64,000 bases of DNA. Origin: Candidatus Latescibacterota bacterium (lineage in GTDB: Bacteria; Latescibacterota; UBA2968; UBA8231). This document shows positions 18,974-29,551 of the stretch, piece after piece. Where the stretch lies: assembly GCA_965248265.1 (NCBI GenBank), contig CBDFJF010000001.1, forward strand, positions 704,001-768,000. The letters run 5' to 3'. Numbering within the stretch: the stretch's first letter is position 1; each line of letters opens with the position of its first letter. The notes below the pieces were generated by a model, which did not search any database, was not told the origin of the DNA, and saw only the letters and a list, made by a program, of their open reading frames with translations. Both the position numbers and the translations under genes were made by a program.

Positions 18974-20725
18974 TCACTTCTCCGCTATCAGTTTCACTGG
19001 CTTCCAGATACCACCGCCCCAGGTGCCGTAGTCCACGACCCGGACGGCTATCATATTCTTCGTCTCGGACCGTAGGCGGCCGGTCGCCTCGATGAGGAAT
19101 CGCCGCTGCCAGGGATCGCCCGCGGTATAGGCCCACCCATCCATATTGTGTTGTCCGGCGAGTTCACCGTTGATGTACACTTCGGCGCCATGAGCGACAG
19201 CGCCGAAGGCGAGGTACACTCTCTTGCCCTCCGGAATCATCGGCGAACGAAACTCCTGACGGTACCATCCGTACCCGTCATAGAGGCGATAACCGTGGTT
19301 GTCCCAGGGCAGGTCGCTGGTGATCCAGAACCAGTCGCGCTCGTCCACCTGCCCCCTGAACCACTCTTCCCTTACCCCCTGGTTCAGCGGGTCGATGCGG
19401 AATCGCCACAGATTCGACAGCTCTGTCAGCTCCCGATACTGATCCCACAGATCGCCGAACGTCTCCTCCTCCTCGTACCCTACCTGCCGGTCGTAGCCGT
19501 GTACCGGCCAGCCCAGTTTGCGCGGCGGCTTGGCACTGCCCGGTTTCGGCGCGGCGTGCGCATCGAGATTGCGCAGCACTGGAGCATCGGGATGTGGCAG
19601 GCGGACCCTCGCCAGCGCTTCGTGATAGGCCGGGGGAACCAGGATGCCCGGTTTCGACCCCATTTTCCACCAGTAACACTTCTGTGCATACAGCCAGACG
19701 TACTCGTCGGTGTGTTTCAGGGCATGATGCAGGGCATATTCGAATTCCTCGGGTGTGTAGTAGTTGCTGCTGACGTCTTCGGTGAATGGCATACTGCCGT
19801 ACGGACCAAAGAAAAAGGAGAATGCCGCGCGAAAATGGTCATCGTACTTCGCGGCTGCGCGACTGTGTTGGCGGGATTCCTCCTTCATCGCGCGGAGCGC
19901 GGTGGCGTAAGTCACCGGATATCGATAGCCGTAGGCCACCTCATGGCCGTCGATGATTCGTGCCTTCCCCTTGGATTCTGAGAGCAACCCGTCGAAGAAA
20001 GCGGATATCAGCGCATAGCGGACAGCCGGGTCACCGGGTGGTCTTACATGGCTGGGGCCATGCAGCGAAAGGAAGTGGATGTCAGGATAGACCGTATTGA
20101 TGGCCCGCATGATCTGTGCGCCTCTCAGGAAAGCCTGGTCGGCGTACTGCCTGGGAGTCTTGCTCTCGTGCTGCAGGCGTTCATAGGTCCACAGATACTT
20201 TCCGTAGTACACCTCGTCGTCGAACATGACACCGACGAGTCCGGCTCGTTTGCAGAAATCGGCGATTACTCGCCAATTGTGCACGACCGCGTCGAACTCG
20301 GGATCGAACCAATCTGGCACGGCCACCTCCGGATCACCAGTGGTCAGATAGGTGTACAGGAAGTTGTGCTTGTACCGCGTCGGCTTGGCCGCCCGCAGAT
20401 CGGCGATGAACGGCTCGAAGTCCTCGATGCGAAGCCGGTCGCCGCGGAAGGGCCGGCCGAGCCGGATCCTCTTGCCGTCTCTCTCGATGCTCGGGGGATA
20501 GAACGCGACGCCGTCCACGGGCACGCGCTGCTCCATCTCGGCCACGTCCTTGGCAAACGTCTCGACCCGGGCGAAATTGCTGCCGCCCGCCATGATGAGC
20601 TTCTTCTCAGGCCCGATCGGCTGGGCCGTGACCCCGGCCGCAGCGATCAGTAGAACGAGAGCGATCGAACCAGAAACGATCCGTGCTCTGGGGGGTTGTT
20701 TCCTGACGGTGATTCTTCCAGTCAT
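18974..20725 (-). CDS. Secreted GH-like protein with C-terminal GH2-type sugar-binding domain
   Basis: Signal peptide; WRFRIDP..G..E.W, YDGYGWY, FGAV..AEVYING. Confidence 0.75.
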   Translation of the reverse strand: MTGRITVRKQPPRARIVSGSIALVLLIAAAGVTAQPIGPEKKLIMAGGSNFARVETFAKDVAEMEQRVPVDGVAFYPPSIERDGKRIRLGRPFRGDRLRIEDFEPFIADLRAAKPTRYKHNFLYTYLTTGDPEVAVPDWFDPEFDAVVHNWRVIADFCKRAGLVGVMFDDEVYYGKYLWTYERLQHESKTPRQYADQAFLRGAQIMRAINTVYPDIHFLSLHGPSHVRPPGDPAVRYALISAFFDGLLSESKGKARIIDGHEVAYGYRYPVTYATALRAMKEESRQHSRAAAKYDDHFRAAFSFFFGPYGSMPFTEDVSSNYYTPEEFEYALHHALKHTDEYVWLYAQKCYWWKMGSKPGILVPPAYHEALARVRLPHPDAPVLRNLDAHAAPKPGSAKPPRKLGWPVHGYDRQVGYEEEETFGDLWDQYRELTELSNLWRFRIDPLNQGVREEWFRGQVDERDWFWITSDLPWDNHGYRLYDGYGWYRQEFRSPMIPEGKRVYLAFGAVAHGAEVYINGELAGQHNMDGWAYTAGDPWQRRFLIEATGRLRSETKNMIAVRVVDYGTWGGGIWKPVKLIAEK

Positions 20726-20925
20726 TTCTCTCTGTCCTTGCGAACTGCGGAGTCCTGATCTGATTCCCTCTTGGTCGGTCTTCTTCGACCCTGCCTTCAA
20801 CGTACCTCTCTGACAATGCCTTACGCAACAACAAATGGGCCTCAGCCCGTACTTCTACGGATGTCACAGCGGCCACGAACATGATATATTGGGCTGAAAT
20901 GCGGATGGTTTCAGCCTTTGATTCT

Positions 20926-21099
20926 ATGCAGAGAATTGACCGCGAATCAGTTGAAAGAGCAGCGAGGCTCTACAAGACGAACATAGAGGCCAGCCAGGCC
21001 TTGGGGATGCATCCAACTGCATTTGGCAGAGCGTGCAGGAAGTATGGGATCGAAACGCCTGGTGCGAGGAAGATCAGATTGCGAAAGCGGGCATGTTGA
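20926..21099 (+). CDS. Small basic HTH-like protein whose 3' end abuts the intron
   Basis: ERAARLYKTNIEASQALG...FGRACRKYGIETP. Confidence 0.6.
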   Translation: MQRIDRESVERAARLYKTNIEASQALGMHPTAFGRACRKYGIETPGARKIRLRKRAC

Positions 21100-23133
21100 G
21101 TAGCCGGGGCTAGTCACCTAGCCCCAGCCCTCACCAGAGCCCAGCGAGCAGATTTCCCGCACTGGGCTCCTCCGTTAACACGTCTCGCGGTTAAGAAAAC
21201 CAGATCGATACGACAATTCGAGGTTGCGGTAGCGGATACTGCCGAAGTAAGCCTCGATAGTATCTCGCCCATGTGAGGCGCGATCGCTGGCTACGGCGAT
21301 TGAGCCACTTGTACCACGCCATCACTGCTGCGGATGTGAATAGGCTTACGCTGCGCCCATTCCCACTAATACCGAAGTAGTTGATGTGGCCCCGGATGCG
21401 TCGTACGAGGTCAGCGTGTTGCTCGGGGATCGGCCAATGGCGGTGTCGACGACAGAGTCGATATAGCGCCTGTACTGATCGCCTGAGCCGATCACGCCGC
21501 GTCTTGCTCGTCAGCACCCATCGCCCCGTCCGGGCCCGTTGCCAATACCACGTGAAGCCCAGAAAGTCGAAGGTACCTGGCCCCTTGCCCTTGATCTGCG
21601 CCTGTGATGGCCGCTCAAAAGGGATGAGCCGGGTCTTGTCCGGCTGCAGGGTCAGTCCGTATTTGTTCAGCCGCTTGCTCAGCACTTCCATCACCCGCTC
21701 TGCATCCTCCGGCAGTTCGAAACCAATGATGAAATCATCGGCGTATCGGACCAACGTTGCTCTACGACGCAACCGCGGTCTGATCTCGACTTCAAACCAC
21801 TCATCAAGGACATGATGCAGGTAAAGGTTGCCAAGCAGCGGCGACAAACAGGAGCCCTGTGCGGTGCCACGGTCCGGCGTCGAAAATTCCGCACCGTCCA
21901 GCACCCCAACGTGCAAGCACTTCCCTACGAGTCGGGTGATCGACCCATCGGGAATCCGCTCCTGGAGAAACTCCATCAGCTTGGATCGATCCAAACTGTC
22001 GAAGTAGGATTGGATATCCGCCTCCAGAATGACCTTCGCCTCCCCGTTCATCACCACCCGATTCAACACCTTCAGGGCGTCATGGGCACTCCGTCCCGGC
22101 CGGAAGCCATATGAGCAGTCACGAAAATCCTGCTCGTAGACCGCCGCCAACACCTCGCGTAACGCTTCCTGGACAATCTTGTCCTCGAAGCACGAGATGC
22201 CGATGGGACGGGTCTTCTTACCCTTACCGTCCTTGGGGATGTGGACTCTGCGAATGGGCTGGTGGCGCCACCGCTTACTGCGAAGCCGCTGGTGCAGATC
22301 CTGCAGATTGCTCTCCAGATCCTGCCCATACTGCTCCTTGGTCACGCCATCCACCCCCACTGCGGCGCTCGGCTTTTGATGGTCGAACGCCCTCCGCAGC
22401 GCATCTACATCGATCAGGTGTGCGAGCGAGTGAAACTTGGCCTGCGGCTCTCGTCTCGCTCTTTCCGCTACTTCCAAAAGTCCCGGTGACATGGACTCCG
22501 AAGTCAATGCATCGGTCATGGTGCCCTCCTGAAGTTCGTATCAACACGGACCGCCTTGGCTCCGCCGGGTCCGGTGCCAACCGTTCCCCGACTTCACAGC
22601 TACTACACGGTCCTCCGACTCCCTTACTCCGTCGGCCGCCGCTCCGGTTCCCCTCGCAAGCGACCTACCACGGTGCCCACGCTTGTTCTTGTTCGGCCAC
22701 GCATGCGTGTGCTGACGCGCGGCGCGTCGGAGACTTCATCACCGGCTCTCCCGATCACCGGAATCTCCCGTGGAGAGACAAGGGCCTCCCAGGTTGCTGG
22801 ATCATCCTCTGCGAGCGTGCCCTGGTCGTATCACACCCCGCCGGGGTGTCATCGCCTCGCCCAATAGCGCCGACAACACTGCTGCCTTCAGGTACAACGG
22901 CACCCTCGGCTATCCCGGAACGTTCTGCATTTCAGGGCCGCCAATCGCACGGCCCGCTCGCTCGCTGCCCTACTGCTTCGCCCGTCCCGTTACCGGGACG
23001 CACGCAAGGGCTCGCTTCTGGCCTGCTGGGCTCAGCTCTAGCCAGGCGGGCTTTGCACCCGCGGGACGACTAACCGTATTTCAAGAAGTATCACCTCCTT
23101 CTATTCCAACAGACCAGCCTAGCCTGGTCGCAT
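21095..23133 (-). mobile_element. Group II intron (~2.04 kb)
   Basis: 5' end ATGCGACCAGG; domain V GAGCCCAGTGCGGGAAATCTGCTCGCTGGGCTC; domain VI hairpin; 3' end ...CTCAAC. Confidence 0.9.
21191..22519 (-). CDS. ltrA: Group II intron reverse transcriptase/maturase without endonuclease domain
   Basis: AVGVDG, RPIGI..EDKIVQ, SYGFRPGRS, GTAQG..LSPLL, RYADD, FDFLGF. Confidence 0.95.
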   Translation of the reverse strand: MTDALTSESMSPGLLEVAERARREPQAKFHSLAHLIDVDALRRAFDHQKPSAAVGVDGVTKEQYGQDLESNLQDLHQRLRSKRWRHQPIRRVHIPKDGKGKKTRPIGISCFEDKIVQEALREVLAAVYEQDFRDCSYGFRPGRSAHDALKVLNRVVMNGEAKVILEADIQSYFDSLDRSKLMEFLQERIPDGSITRLVGKCLHVGVLDGAEFSTPDRGTAQGSCLSPLLGNLYLHHVLDEWFEVEIRPRLRRRATLVRYADDFIIGFELPEDAERVMEVLSKRLNKYGLTLQPDKTRLIPFERPSQAQIKGKGPGTFDFLGFTWYWQRARTGRWVLTSKTRRDRLRRSVQALYRLCRRHRHWPIPEQHADLVRRIRGHINYFGISGNGRSVSLFTSAAVMAWYKWLNRRSQRSRLTWARYYRGLLRQYPLPQPRIVVSIWFS

Positions 23134-23287
23134 CCGTTGTAGCAGGACGACGGTCGACAACAGTGGCAAGCTATCAATGGTCAGGTTTCTCGTACCAATA
23201 GGATAGTGCTAAGAAGTATTCGCCTGCGTAACCGGATATCATGACACACAATTCCGCTCATGATTTTCTTATGTGGATTAGAGTCCG

Positions 23288-24025
23288 GTGACAAGCAAAT
23301 TCTTGACAGCAAAGTGGCGTCTCTTGACGATGCTGAACTTTCCGATTGACCGGGAAGTCCTAATTCCTCACGCACCACGGGGGACAGAGGTTGACGCCTG
23401 GAACGGGACAGCATTCGTAAGCCTGGTGGGTTTCCGCTTTTCGGATACCCGCGTCAAGGGTCTCCCTATTCCATTTCATCGAAACTTCGATGAAATCAAT
23501 CTGCGCTTCTACGTACGTTATCGAGGTTCCGAGGGCTGGCGTCGGGGCGTAGTGTTTGTTCGGGAGGTAGTTCCGCGGCCTGCAATTGCCCTTATGGCGC
23601 GATGGATGTACAACGAGAACTACGTCGCCTGCCCCACCCGCTCCGAGATCCAGGAGCCAACCGTCGATCGAACGGGGTCCGCGGAGTACAAGTGGAAATA
23701 CCGCGGCGACTGGCTGACCATCGGCGCGGAATACCGTGGAGAGTCGGCGTTTCCAGCAGCCGGATCGGAAGAGGAATTCATTACAGAGCACTACTGGGGG
23801 TATTCCTCGCAACGTGATGGAAGCTCGGTGGAGTATCGTGTTGAGCATCCACAGTGGCGAGTGTGGTCAGCGACAGCCGTGTCGTTCAATGGGGACATCT
23901 CTAGCTTCTGCGGTGCCGAGTTTGCAGCATCGCTTGGTACGAAGCCTAGTTCAGTATTCGTTGCGGATGGATCACCCATCGTCGTTAGGCATGGGGCTCG
24001 GCTTGGCGATGGGGACACCACATAG
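23288..24025 (+). CDS. DUF2071/YqjF family protein
   Basis: FLTAKWR.L.MLNF, FDEINLRFYV, FITEHYWGY. Confidence 0.85.
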   Translation: MTSKFLTAKWRLLTMLNFPIDREVLIPHAPRGTEVDAWNGTAFVSLVGFRFSDTRVKGLPIPFHRNFDEINLRFYVRYRGSEGWRRGVVFVREVVPRPAIALMARWMYNENYVACPTRSEIQEPTVDRTGSAEYKWKYRGDWLTIGAEYRGESAFPAAGSEEEFITEHYWGYSSQRDGSSVEYRVEHPQWRVWSATAVSFNGDISSFCGAEFAASLGTKPSSVFVADGSPIVVRHGARLGDGDTT

Positions 24026-24400
24026 CACAGTTTGAAGCCTTGTCGGTTCGATCGCCTTACTCATGAGCAACAAATTTTCCAAGTGCGCATGGATAGTGTC
24101 AACCGCGGGCCGTGAACTCCGGGGACGATTGCTCTCGGCAGCAGGCAGCCAAACAAGGTCATAATGGTGCTTTATCGGTCCTATGCGTCTTGGACGGCCG
24201 GGATGATGGGGGACGAGTATTGGCGTCTGGCGTGTACCGCGAAATTTGCTGCGGAGAGGCTGCCGCTGTATAAAGGTTCTGGATCCGGCGGGCAAAATCG
24301 AATCCCGGCTAAAACCATGAATGAAAAACGGACCATCATTCAAGAGAGAAAAATAGTGACCAGATTACTTCCACGACGAAGCCATATTGAGGCAGCATTA

Positions 24401-26437
24401 ATGCCATTATTCCTGGTTGCCTTTATTCAATCTGCATCACCTTCGTGGGCAGCCCCTGTCTTTTTCGCCGACGCCAACCTGAAAACAGCGGTTGAGAACC
24501 GCCTGGGGGTCACGGATCCGGAGCCAACCGACATGCTGGCTTTGACCTCTTTGTCCGCGAACTCTAGTGGCATCATGGATTTGACGGGTCTGGAAGCGGC
24601 AACGAATCTCACCGTTCTGTCGTTGTCGAATAATCAGATCAGTGATGTTTCCGCCCTGTCGGGCCTCTCTGCTTTGCTTGATCTCAGACTGGCGAAAAAC
24701 CAGATCGGTGACATCTCCGCGCTGACTGGCCTGGCCAACCTGGGCCTGTTGCTCGTTAATGACAACCAGATCAGCAGTGTTCCCTCGTTGTCTGCTTTGA
24801 CCAGCCTGAACTTTCTGTCGCTCAACAATAACCAAGTGCCTGATATTACCGGGCTTTCGGGATTAATCAGTCTGCGAACATTGCTCCTCGCAAATAACCA
24901 GATCAGCGATATATCAACGTTGTCAGGCCTGACGACTTTGGTCACCCTCTACCTCACTTCAAATCAGATCGGTGACGTTTCCGCCCTCTCGGGCCTCTCT
25001 GCTTTGCTTGATCTCAGACTGGGGAAGAACCAGATCAGTGACATCTCCGCGCTGGCTGGCCTGACCAACCTGGGCCTGTTGCTCGTTAATGACAACCAGA
25101 TCAGCAGTGTTCCCTCGTTGTCTGCTTTGAGCAGCCTGAACTTTCTGTCGCTCAACAATAACCAAGTGCCTGATATTACCGGGCTTTCGGGATTAATCAG
25201 TCTGCGAACATTGCTCCTCGCAAATAACCAGATCAGCGATATATCAACGTTGTCAGGCCTGACGACTTTGGTCACCCTCTACCTCACTTCAAATCAGATC
25301 AGTGATGTTTCCGCCCTCTCGGGCCACTCTGCCTTGCTTGATCTCAGACTTCAGAGTAATCCTTTGGGCATCTTGGCCTACTGCAGAGATCTACCCACTA
25401 TCGAAGGCAATAATCCTGGCATCTTCCTGCTCGTTGACCTTAATCCATTTTCGTCGTGCAATACCGCACCGACCGCTGCTGCCGGAGTGGATCAGACCGT
25501 GGAGTGCGTATTTTCTACGGGCACATCGGTAACGTTGAATGGCACCGGATCGAGTGATCCGGATGAGGATCCTCTGACCTTCTCGTGGTCGGCCCCGGGG
25601 ATCACCTTCGACGATCCGTTGAGCGCCACTCCCACAGCGGCCTTCCCCCTGGGGATGACGACGGTCACACTGATAGTTACCGATCCCAGCGACGAAAGCG
25701 ACACCGACCAGGTTGTGATCACGGTCGAGGACACCACCCCGCCGACCGTGTCGGTCACGGCCAGTCCGGAGTCCCTGTGGCCGCCCAACCACAAGTACAA
25801 GGGGATCACACTGACGGTCTCGGTCAGCGATGCCTGCGACGCCTCGCCCGTGGTTTCGGCCACGGTCATCAGCAGCGAAGCCGACGATGCCAACGGCAAG
25901 GGCGATGGGAAGAGCACCGGCGACATCAAGGTGACGACGGCCGCTGGGGCCATTTTGCTCAGTTCCAACACCGCCCCGGAGGTCGCTTTTGACCCGGTGA
26001 ACGACCAGCTCGAGCTGCGGGCGGAACGGAGCGGCAGCGGCGATGGGCGCGTCTACACCGTCACAGTGACGGCCGCGGATGGGTCGGGCAAAACCGCGTC
26101 GAGCACGGCGACGGTGGCGGTCGCCCACGATCAGGGAACTGCCAAAGTTGTTGCGGCGAACCTGGACTTCGATACGGCGAACTATCCCAACCCCTTTAAC
26201 CCGTCCACGACCATCCGCTACAGCCTGCCCGAGGCGGCCACTGTACGGTTGACCATCTACAGTGTCCTGGGACAGCAGGTGCGGGAACTGGTCGATGCCG
26301 TGCAGGGAGCAGGCGTGTACCAGGTGGCATGGGATGGTCGAGATCGTGCCGGACAGTCCCTGGCCCCAGGAGTGTACCTGTACAGGCTCGAAGCCGGGCA
26401 GCAGGTGATGGTGCGGAAGATGGTCTTGGCCAAGTAG
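24401..26437 (+). CDS. Secreted internalin-like LRR protein with PKD/Ig domains and C-terminal FlgD-Ig domain
   Basis: 22-aa L..NQISD.S.LSGL repeats; NGTGSSDPD; LWPPNHK; NYPNPFNPSTTIRYSLP; start uncertain. Confidence 0.9.
   Translation: MPLFLVAFIQSASPSWAAPVFFADANLKTAVENRLGVTDPEPTDMLALTSLSANSSGIMDLTGLEAATNLTVLSLSNNQISDVSALSGLSALLDLRLAKNQIGDISALTGLANLGLLLVNDNQISSVPSLSALTSLNFLSLNNNQVPDITGLSGLISLRTLLLANNQISDISTLSGLTTLVTLYLTSNQIGDVSALSGLSALLDLRLGKNQISDISALAGLTNLGLLLVNDNQISSVPSLSALSSLNFLSLNNNQVPDITGLSGLISLRTLLLANNQISDISTLSGLTTLVTLYLTSNQISDVSALSGHSALLDLRLQSNPLGILAYCRDLPTIEGNNPGIFLLVDLNPFSSCNTAPTAAAGVDQTVECVFSTGTSVTLNGTGSSDPDEDPLTFSWSAPGITFDDPLSATPTAAFPLGMTTVTLIVTDPSDESDTDQVVITVEDTTPPTVSVTASPESLWPPNHKYKGITLTVSVSDACDASPVVSATVISSEADDANGKGDGKSTGDIKVTTAAGAILLSSNTAPEVAFDPVNDQLELRAERSGSGDGRVYTVTVTAADGSGKTASSTATVAVAHDQGTAKVVAANLDFDTANYPNPFNPSTTIRYSLPEAATVRLTIYSVLGQQVRELVDAVQGAGVYQVAWDGRDRAGQSLAPGVYLYRLEAGQQVMVRKMVLAK
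24632..25350 (+). repeat. 330-bp near-identical tandem duplication, ~2.2 copies (5 LRRs per unit)
   Basis: Units start at 24632, 24962 and 25292. Confidence 0.95.
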
Positions 26438-26619
26438 GTGACTGCAGAAAATCCCAATCGCAACAGCAGCTGCCACAGCGAACTTGGAAACTTTATCTCA
26501 TAGGGGTAGACGTTTTAGTCGTATCCCTTGCGGAATAGATGCCGCCCGAGACAGATACCGACTCCGCGTACACGTTCCGTTTCGTGACCGTTGTCAGCGA
26601 GATTCGGTTGATCCCACAA

Positions 26620-26765
26620 CGTTTCCCCTCCAGAGGACGATCTTACCCAGGGGCCTTCGCCATGTGTCAGGCTTTGCCGACCTCGGACTACTATGCCCCT
26701 TCTGACTTCCTGACCCCCGTTTTCGACTCCCTCGCTATTACGCTTGTCGGTCGGTACTTCCGTCC
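26620..26765 (-). mobile_element. Probable fragment of a second group II intron RNA (DII-DIII region)
   Basis: Minus strand GGAAGTCAGAAGGGGCATAGTAG...GGCGAAGGCCCC resembles the DII/DIII junction. Confidence 0.45.
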
Positions 26766-26821
26766 ATGGAAGAGCGGTCTACAAGGGAAAACAGCGACGG
26801 CTCTGACTGGCCCCGAGCGAC

Positions 26822-26850
26822 CGGGAATCGTTGTGATATAATGATGGTCA
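26822..26850 (+). repeat. 29-bp site #10
   Basis: cgg gaatcgtt-GTGATAT-aatgatgg tca. Confidence 0.6.
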
Positions 26851-27071
26851 CCCGCCTACCTCTTCAAGGTATGGGAGAATGCATTTCGGGGGGAAGTCTT
26901 TCCCACGATGGAGATGCTCATCGACGAATCGTTGCAAATGCTGCAACGCTAAGGCCAAATCTTCTCTACTGATTATCCTAAGAAGCCACGGCGTCTGCCA
27001 GGGGGTCTGCAAGATCGATTACCCGGTGTGTGGGCCCACTCCCTTTATCACAACGTCCACGTACAGATGCG

Positions 27072-27345
27072 CGTCTGTGATGTAGTCCCAATTGCGCGCC
27101 GTTTTGAACAGCGTTTTCAACGTCGCCAGGTAGCGGTTGGTTGTGGACACGGTGACCCCGTCGAGATTCCGACGTCGGGTCAGATACCGATCTATCTGGC
27201 GGGTAGTGATGGACTCCAAGGGCTGGTCGCCAAATTCCTCATCGAGCTTCCGGAGCATTCCGGACAGACCGCGCCACGTATTGGGACTCCAACCGCCGAA
27301 ATCCGTGCGAAACTCCCCGAGGAATTGGCCGAAGGTAGGGTTCAT
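27072..27345 (-). pseudogene. Truncated tyrosine recombinase (core-binding domain only)
   Basis: LESITTRQIDRYL..R..DGVTVSTTNRYLATLKTLF..A..W; catalytic domain missing. Confidence 0.75.
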
Positions 27346-27772
27346 GATCCTCCTCCAGCTTTAATCAAGCGTTTGAAGCCCTGTTTCTGTGCTCGCTTGT
27401 CTTTGCCGACGAGCGCCCGAAGACGAGGTTCGGTGATAACTCCAAGGAGCTCATCTGAGTCGTCCAGGTGCAGAGCGAAGTCTTGGATTTCATCGTCGAG
27501 TCTGAGCAGCCTCAGATAGGCCGAGATCGTCGTATGCGGAGTATCAGGCAAGCGAGCTTACCCTGAGAATCAGCCTGTCCCGAGTCCAGAAGATCCTGGT
27601 AGTGCAGGGCTTGTTTGAGGGCGTTCGAATGCCTCTCGAACTTGAGGCGGCCAGGTTTTCGGTCTTTTCGGCCGATCTGGATATAGGGAGTGTTTCGCTT
27701 ATGCCCTTGAAAAACATGGAACTTATCCCACACGATCCCATGGTTAGTTGAATCCAACGTACGGGCTACCAA
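27342..27772 (-). pseudogene. Frameshifted paralog of the HTH protein at 87-518
   Basis: 4-bp deletion near 27543 relative to copy 1. Confidence 0.75.
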
Positions 27773-27779
27773 TACTGAG

Positions 27780-27813
27780 GGGGATCTGAGTTTTAGAGCT
27801 CAGATCCCCTTTG
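27780..27813 (+). terminator. 11-bp stem hairpin followed by Ts, right after the tRNA-like 3' end
   Basis: GGGGATCTGAG-N8-CTCAGATCCCC-TTT. Confidence 0.55.
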
Positions 27814-27881
27814 TCGTTCGGTTCAGCAGGCTCGCTTCCTGGGTTGCCACCGGGGTTCCCATAAGGTATACTTTCTATACC

Positions 27882-28142
27882 ATGCAATTCGAGTACGACC
27901 AGCGCAAGAGTGCGGCCAACAGGGAAAAGCACGGTGTCGATTTTTCAGAGGCCGAGGCGCTTTGGGACGATCCGGATCTGCTGGAAATCCCTGCACGGAC
28001 CACGGACGAAGCCAGATTCTTGGTAGTGGGCCGCATTACTGGCGTTCACTGGTCTGCGGTCATTACCTACCGGACAGATCGTGTTCGGATCATCTCTGTG
28101 CGTCGATCGCGAGAGGAGGAGATTGCCATTTATGAAAGCTGA
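27882..28142 (+). CDS. BrnT family toxin
   Basis: FEYD..KSAANREKHGVDF...RIISVRRS. Confidence 0.9.
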   Translation: MQFEYDQRKSAANREKHGVDFSEAEALWDDPDLLEIPARTTDEARFLVVGRITGVHWSAVITYRTDRVRIISVRRSREEEIAIYES

Positions 28143-28359
28143 AACCTTCGATCGGAAGTTCGAAAGCGGTTTGGACATCACGGAGTATCTCGAACTCAAG
28201 GGCCTCCGTCGGCCCGGTCACGAACAGAAGCGGGTGAACGTCGATTTCCCTATCTGGATGATCCAGTCTCTCGACAGGGAAGCGGGACGACTCGGAGTAC
28301 CACGCCAGTCTCTCATCAAGGTGCTGGTGGCAGAACATCTCGACAAGCAAGGCGGGTGA
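28132..28359 (+). CDS. BrnA/CopG-type antitoxin
   Basis: KRVNVDFP.WM..SLD.EA.RLGV.RQSLIK; overlaps the toxin stop. Confidence 0.85.
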   Translation: MKAETFDRKFESGLDITEYLELKGLRRPGHEQKRVNVDFPIWMIQSLDREAGRLGVPRQSLIKVLVAEHLDKQGG

Positions 28360-28570
28360 CTCACGCTTGCCGTCTATGAAACCGAACCCAGCGTAGCCGA
28401 GATGCCCTTCGGACCGATGGTCGGAACACACCATGCGTTGCTCGGCCCAGAAACTGACCTAACTGATTGAAGAACAGCGAGATGGCCTTCGAATCGATCT
28501 GATTCGGGGGCCCTATGTTCAGTGTGGGGCCGCCAGCAGGAATCCCGCGTAACCTTGTTGTGTCTAGAAC

Positions 28571-28685
28571 GAGGAAGTACAAGAGCCCTTTTTCGTGATC
28601 TTCGAGTCCGGACGTGAGTAATTGGCACCGTTGGTGGGTAGGATCGGATACATCAAGTGGCCGGCACTCGGTAGGCCCGTGCATG
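28571..28685 (+). repeat. ~115-bp dispersed repeat with IS91 oriIS-like end (copy A)
   Basis: AGGAAGTACAAGAGCCCTTTTTCGTGATC...GGTAGGATCGGATACATCA. Confidence 0.8.
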
Positions 28686-29068
28686 CCAGTTGCGCCATCA
28701 ATATGAACGGATTGGACACCGGGTCCATGTCGTGCTGAGAGGGTGGAACAATCAGAGATCCAGCTCCTCCCGTGGGCCTGCCCCCGTCAGGGGTGACAGG
28801 CGATGTTACCGTGGTCCACAGCAGCTCGAACTGCATGTGCGGCTGGCTGGGTGCCGGGTGTGATGGGCAGGTGGTTTTAGGACATGTGAGCTGGTCAACT
28901 GAGGCTTTTGTGCCGATTTCGACCTCGGAACGGCCCTTCCGGGCGCACCGAACCGTTCGACATAGATGGCGAGACGAATCGGACGCCGGTTCCGCAGGCG
29001 AGCCGCGTTGACATCAAGCCCATCAAACACCCCGAGTGAGGCCAAGAGACTGTCACGCGATACTACAT

Positions 29069-29156
29069 CCTGTGATGTGTCTGATCCTACTCACCAGGGT
29101 GCCAATTGCTCGCACAGACTCGTGGATCACGAAAAAAGGGCCCTTGTACTTCCTAC
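29069..29156 (-). repeat. Same repeat, inverted (copy B)
   Basis: Reverse complement TAGGAAGTACAAGGGCCCTTTTTTCGTGATCCACGAG. Confidence 0.8.
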
Positions 29157-29158
29157 AC

Positions 29159-29480
29159 ATGGCCGCCGATTTTTCCACCGGCGCGGCGCTCTTCCTGTTC
29201 TTTCTCATCGTCCTGCTGCTCAACCCCCTCGCCAGGCTGTTGACCGGCTCCAGCTTGCGCCCGGGCGAGTTGGCGACGGTCTATATCATGATGATCGTCG
29301 CCTGCGCGATCCCCTCCTGGGGTTTCGCAATGAATTTGATTCCGTTGATGGCGGGTTTCTTTTACTACGCCACCCCGGAGAACAACTGGTCACAGCTGAT
29401 TCACCCCCATTTGCCCGAGTGGATGGTGGTCAAAGAACCCAATGCCATATGGAATCTCTTCGAGGGGGCAGGCCGCGAGG
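29159..29480 (+). pseudogene. Internal fragment of an OPT-like (DUF6785-type) membrane protein
   Basis: ELATVYIMM, FYYATPENNW, LPEW; both ends missing. Confidence 0.6.
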
Positions 29481-29551
29481 ATTCCGTCGCGTACTCCCTA
29501 TATTTCTCAAGGTTATAACCTGAGACCTTGGATCAATCCTCTGGAGATCAT

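Noticed and set aside
21191-22519. RT as a retron, DGR or defence RT
   Set aside because: Clear group II domain V/VI and a maturase region; no template/variable repeat pair seen.
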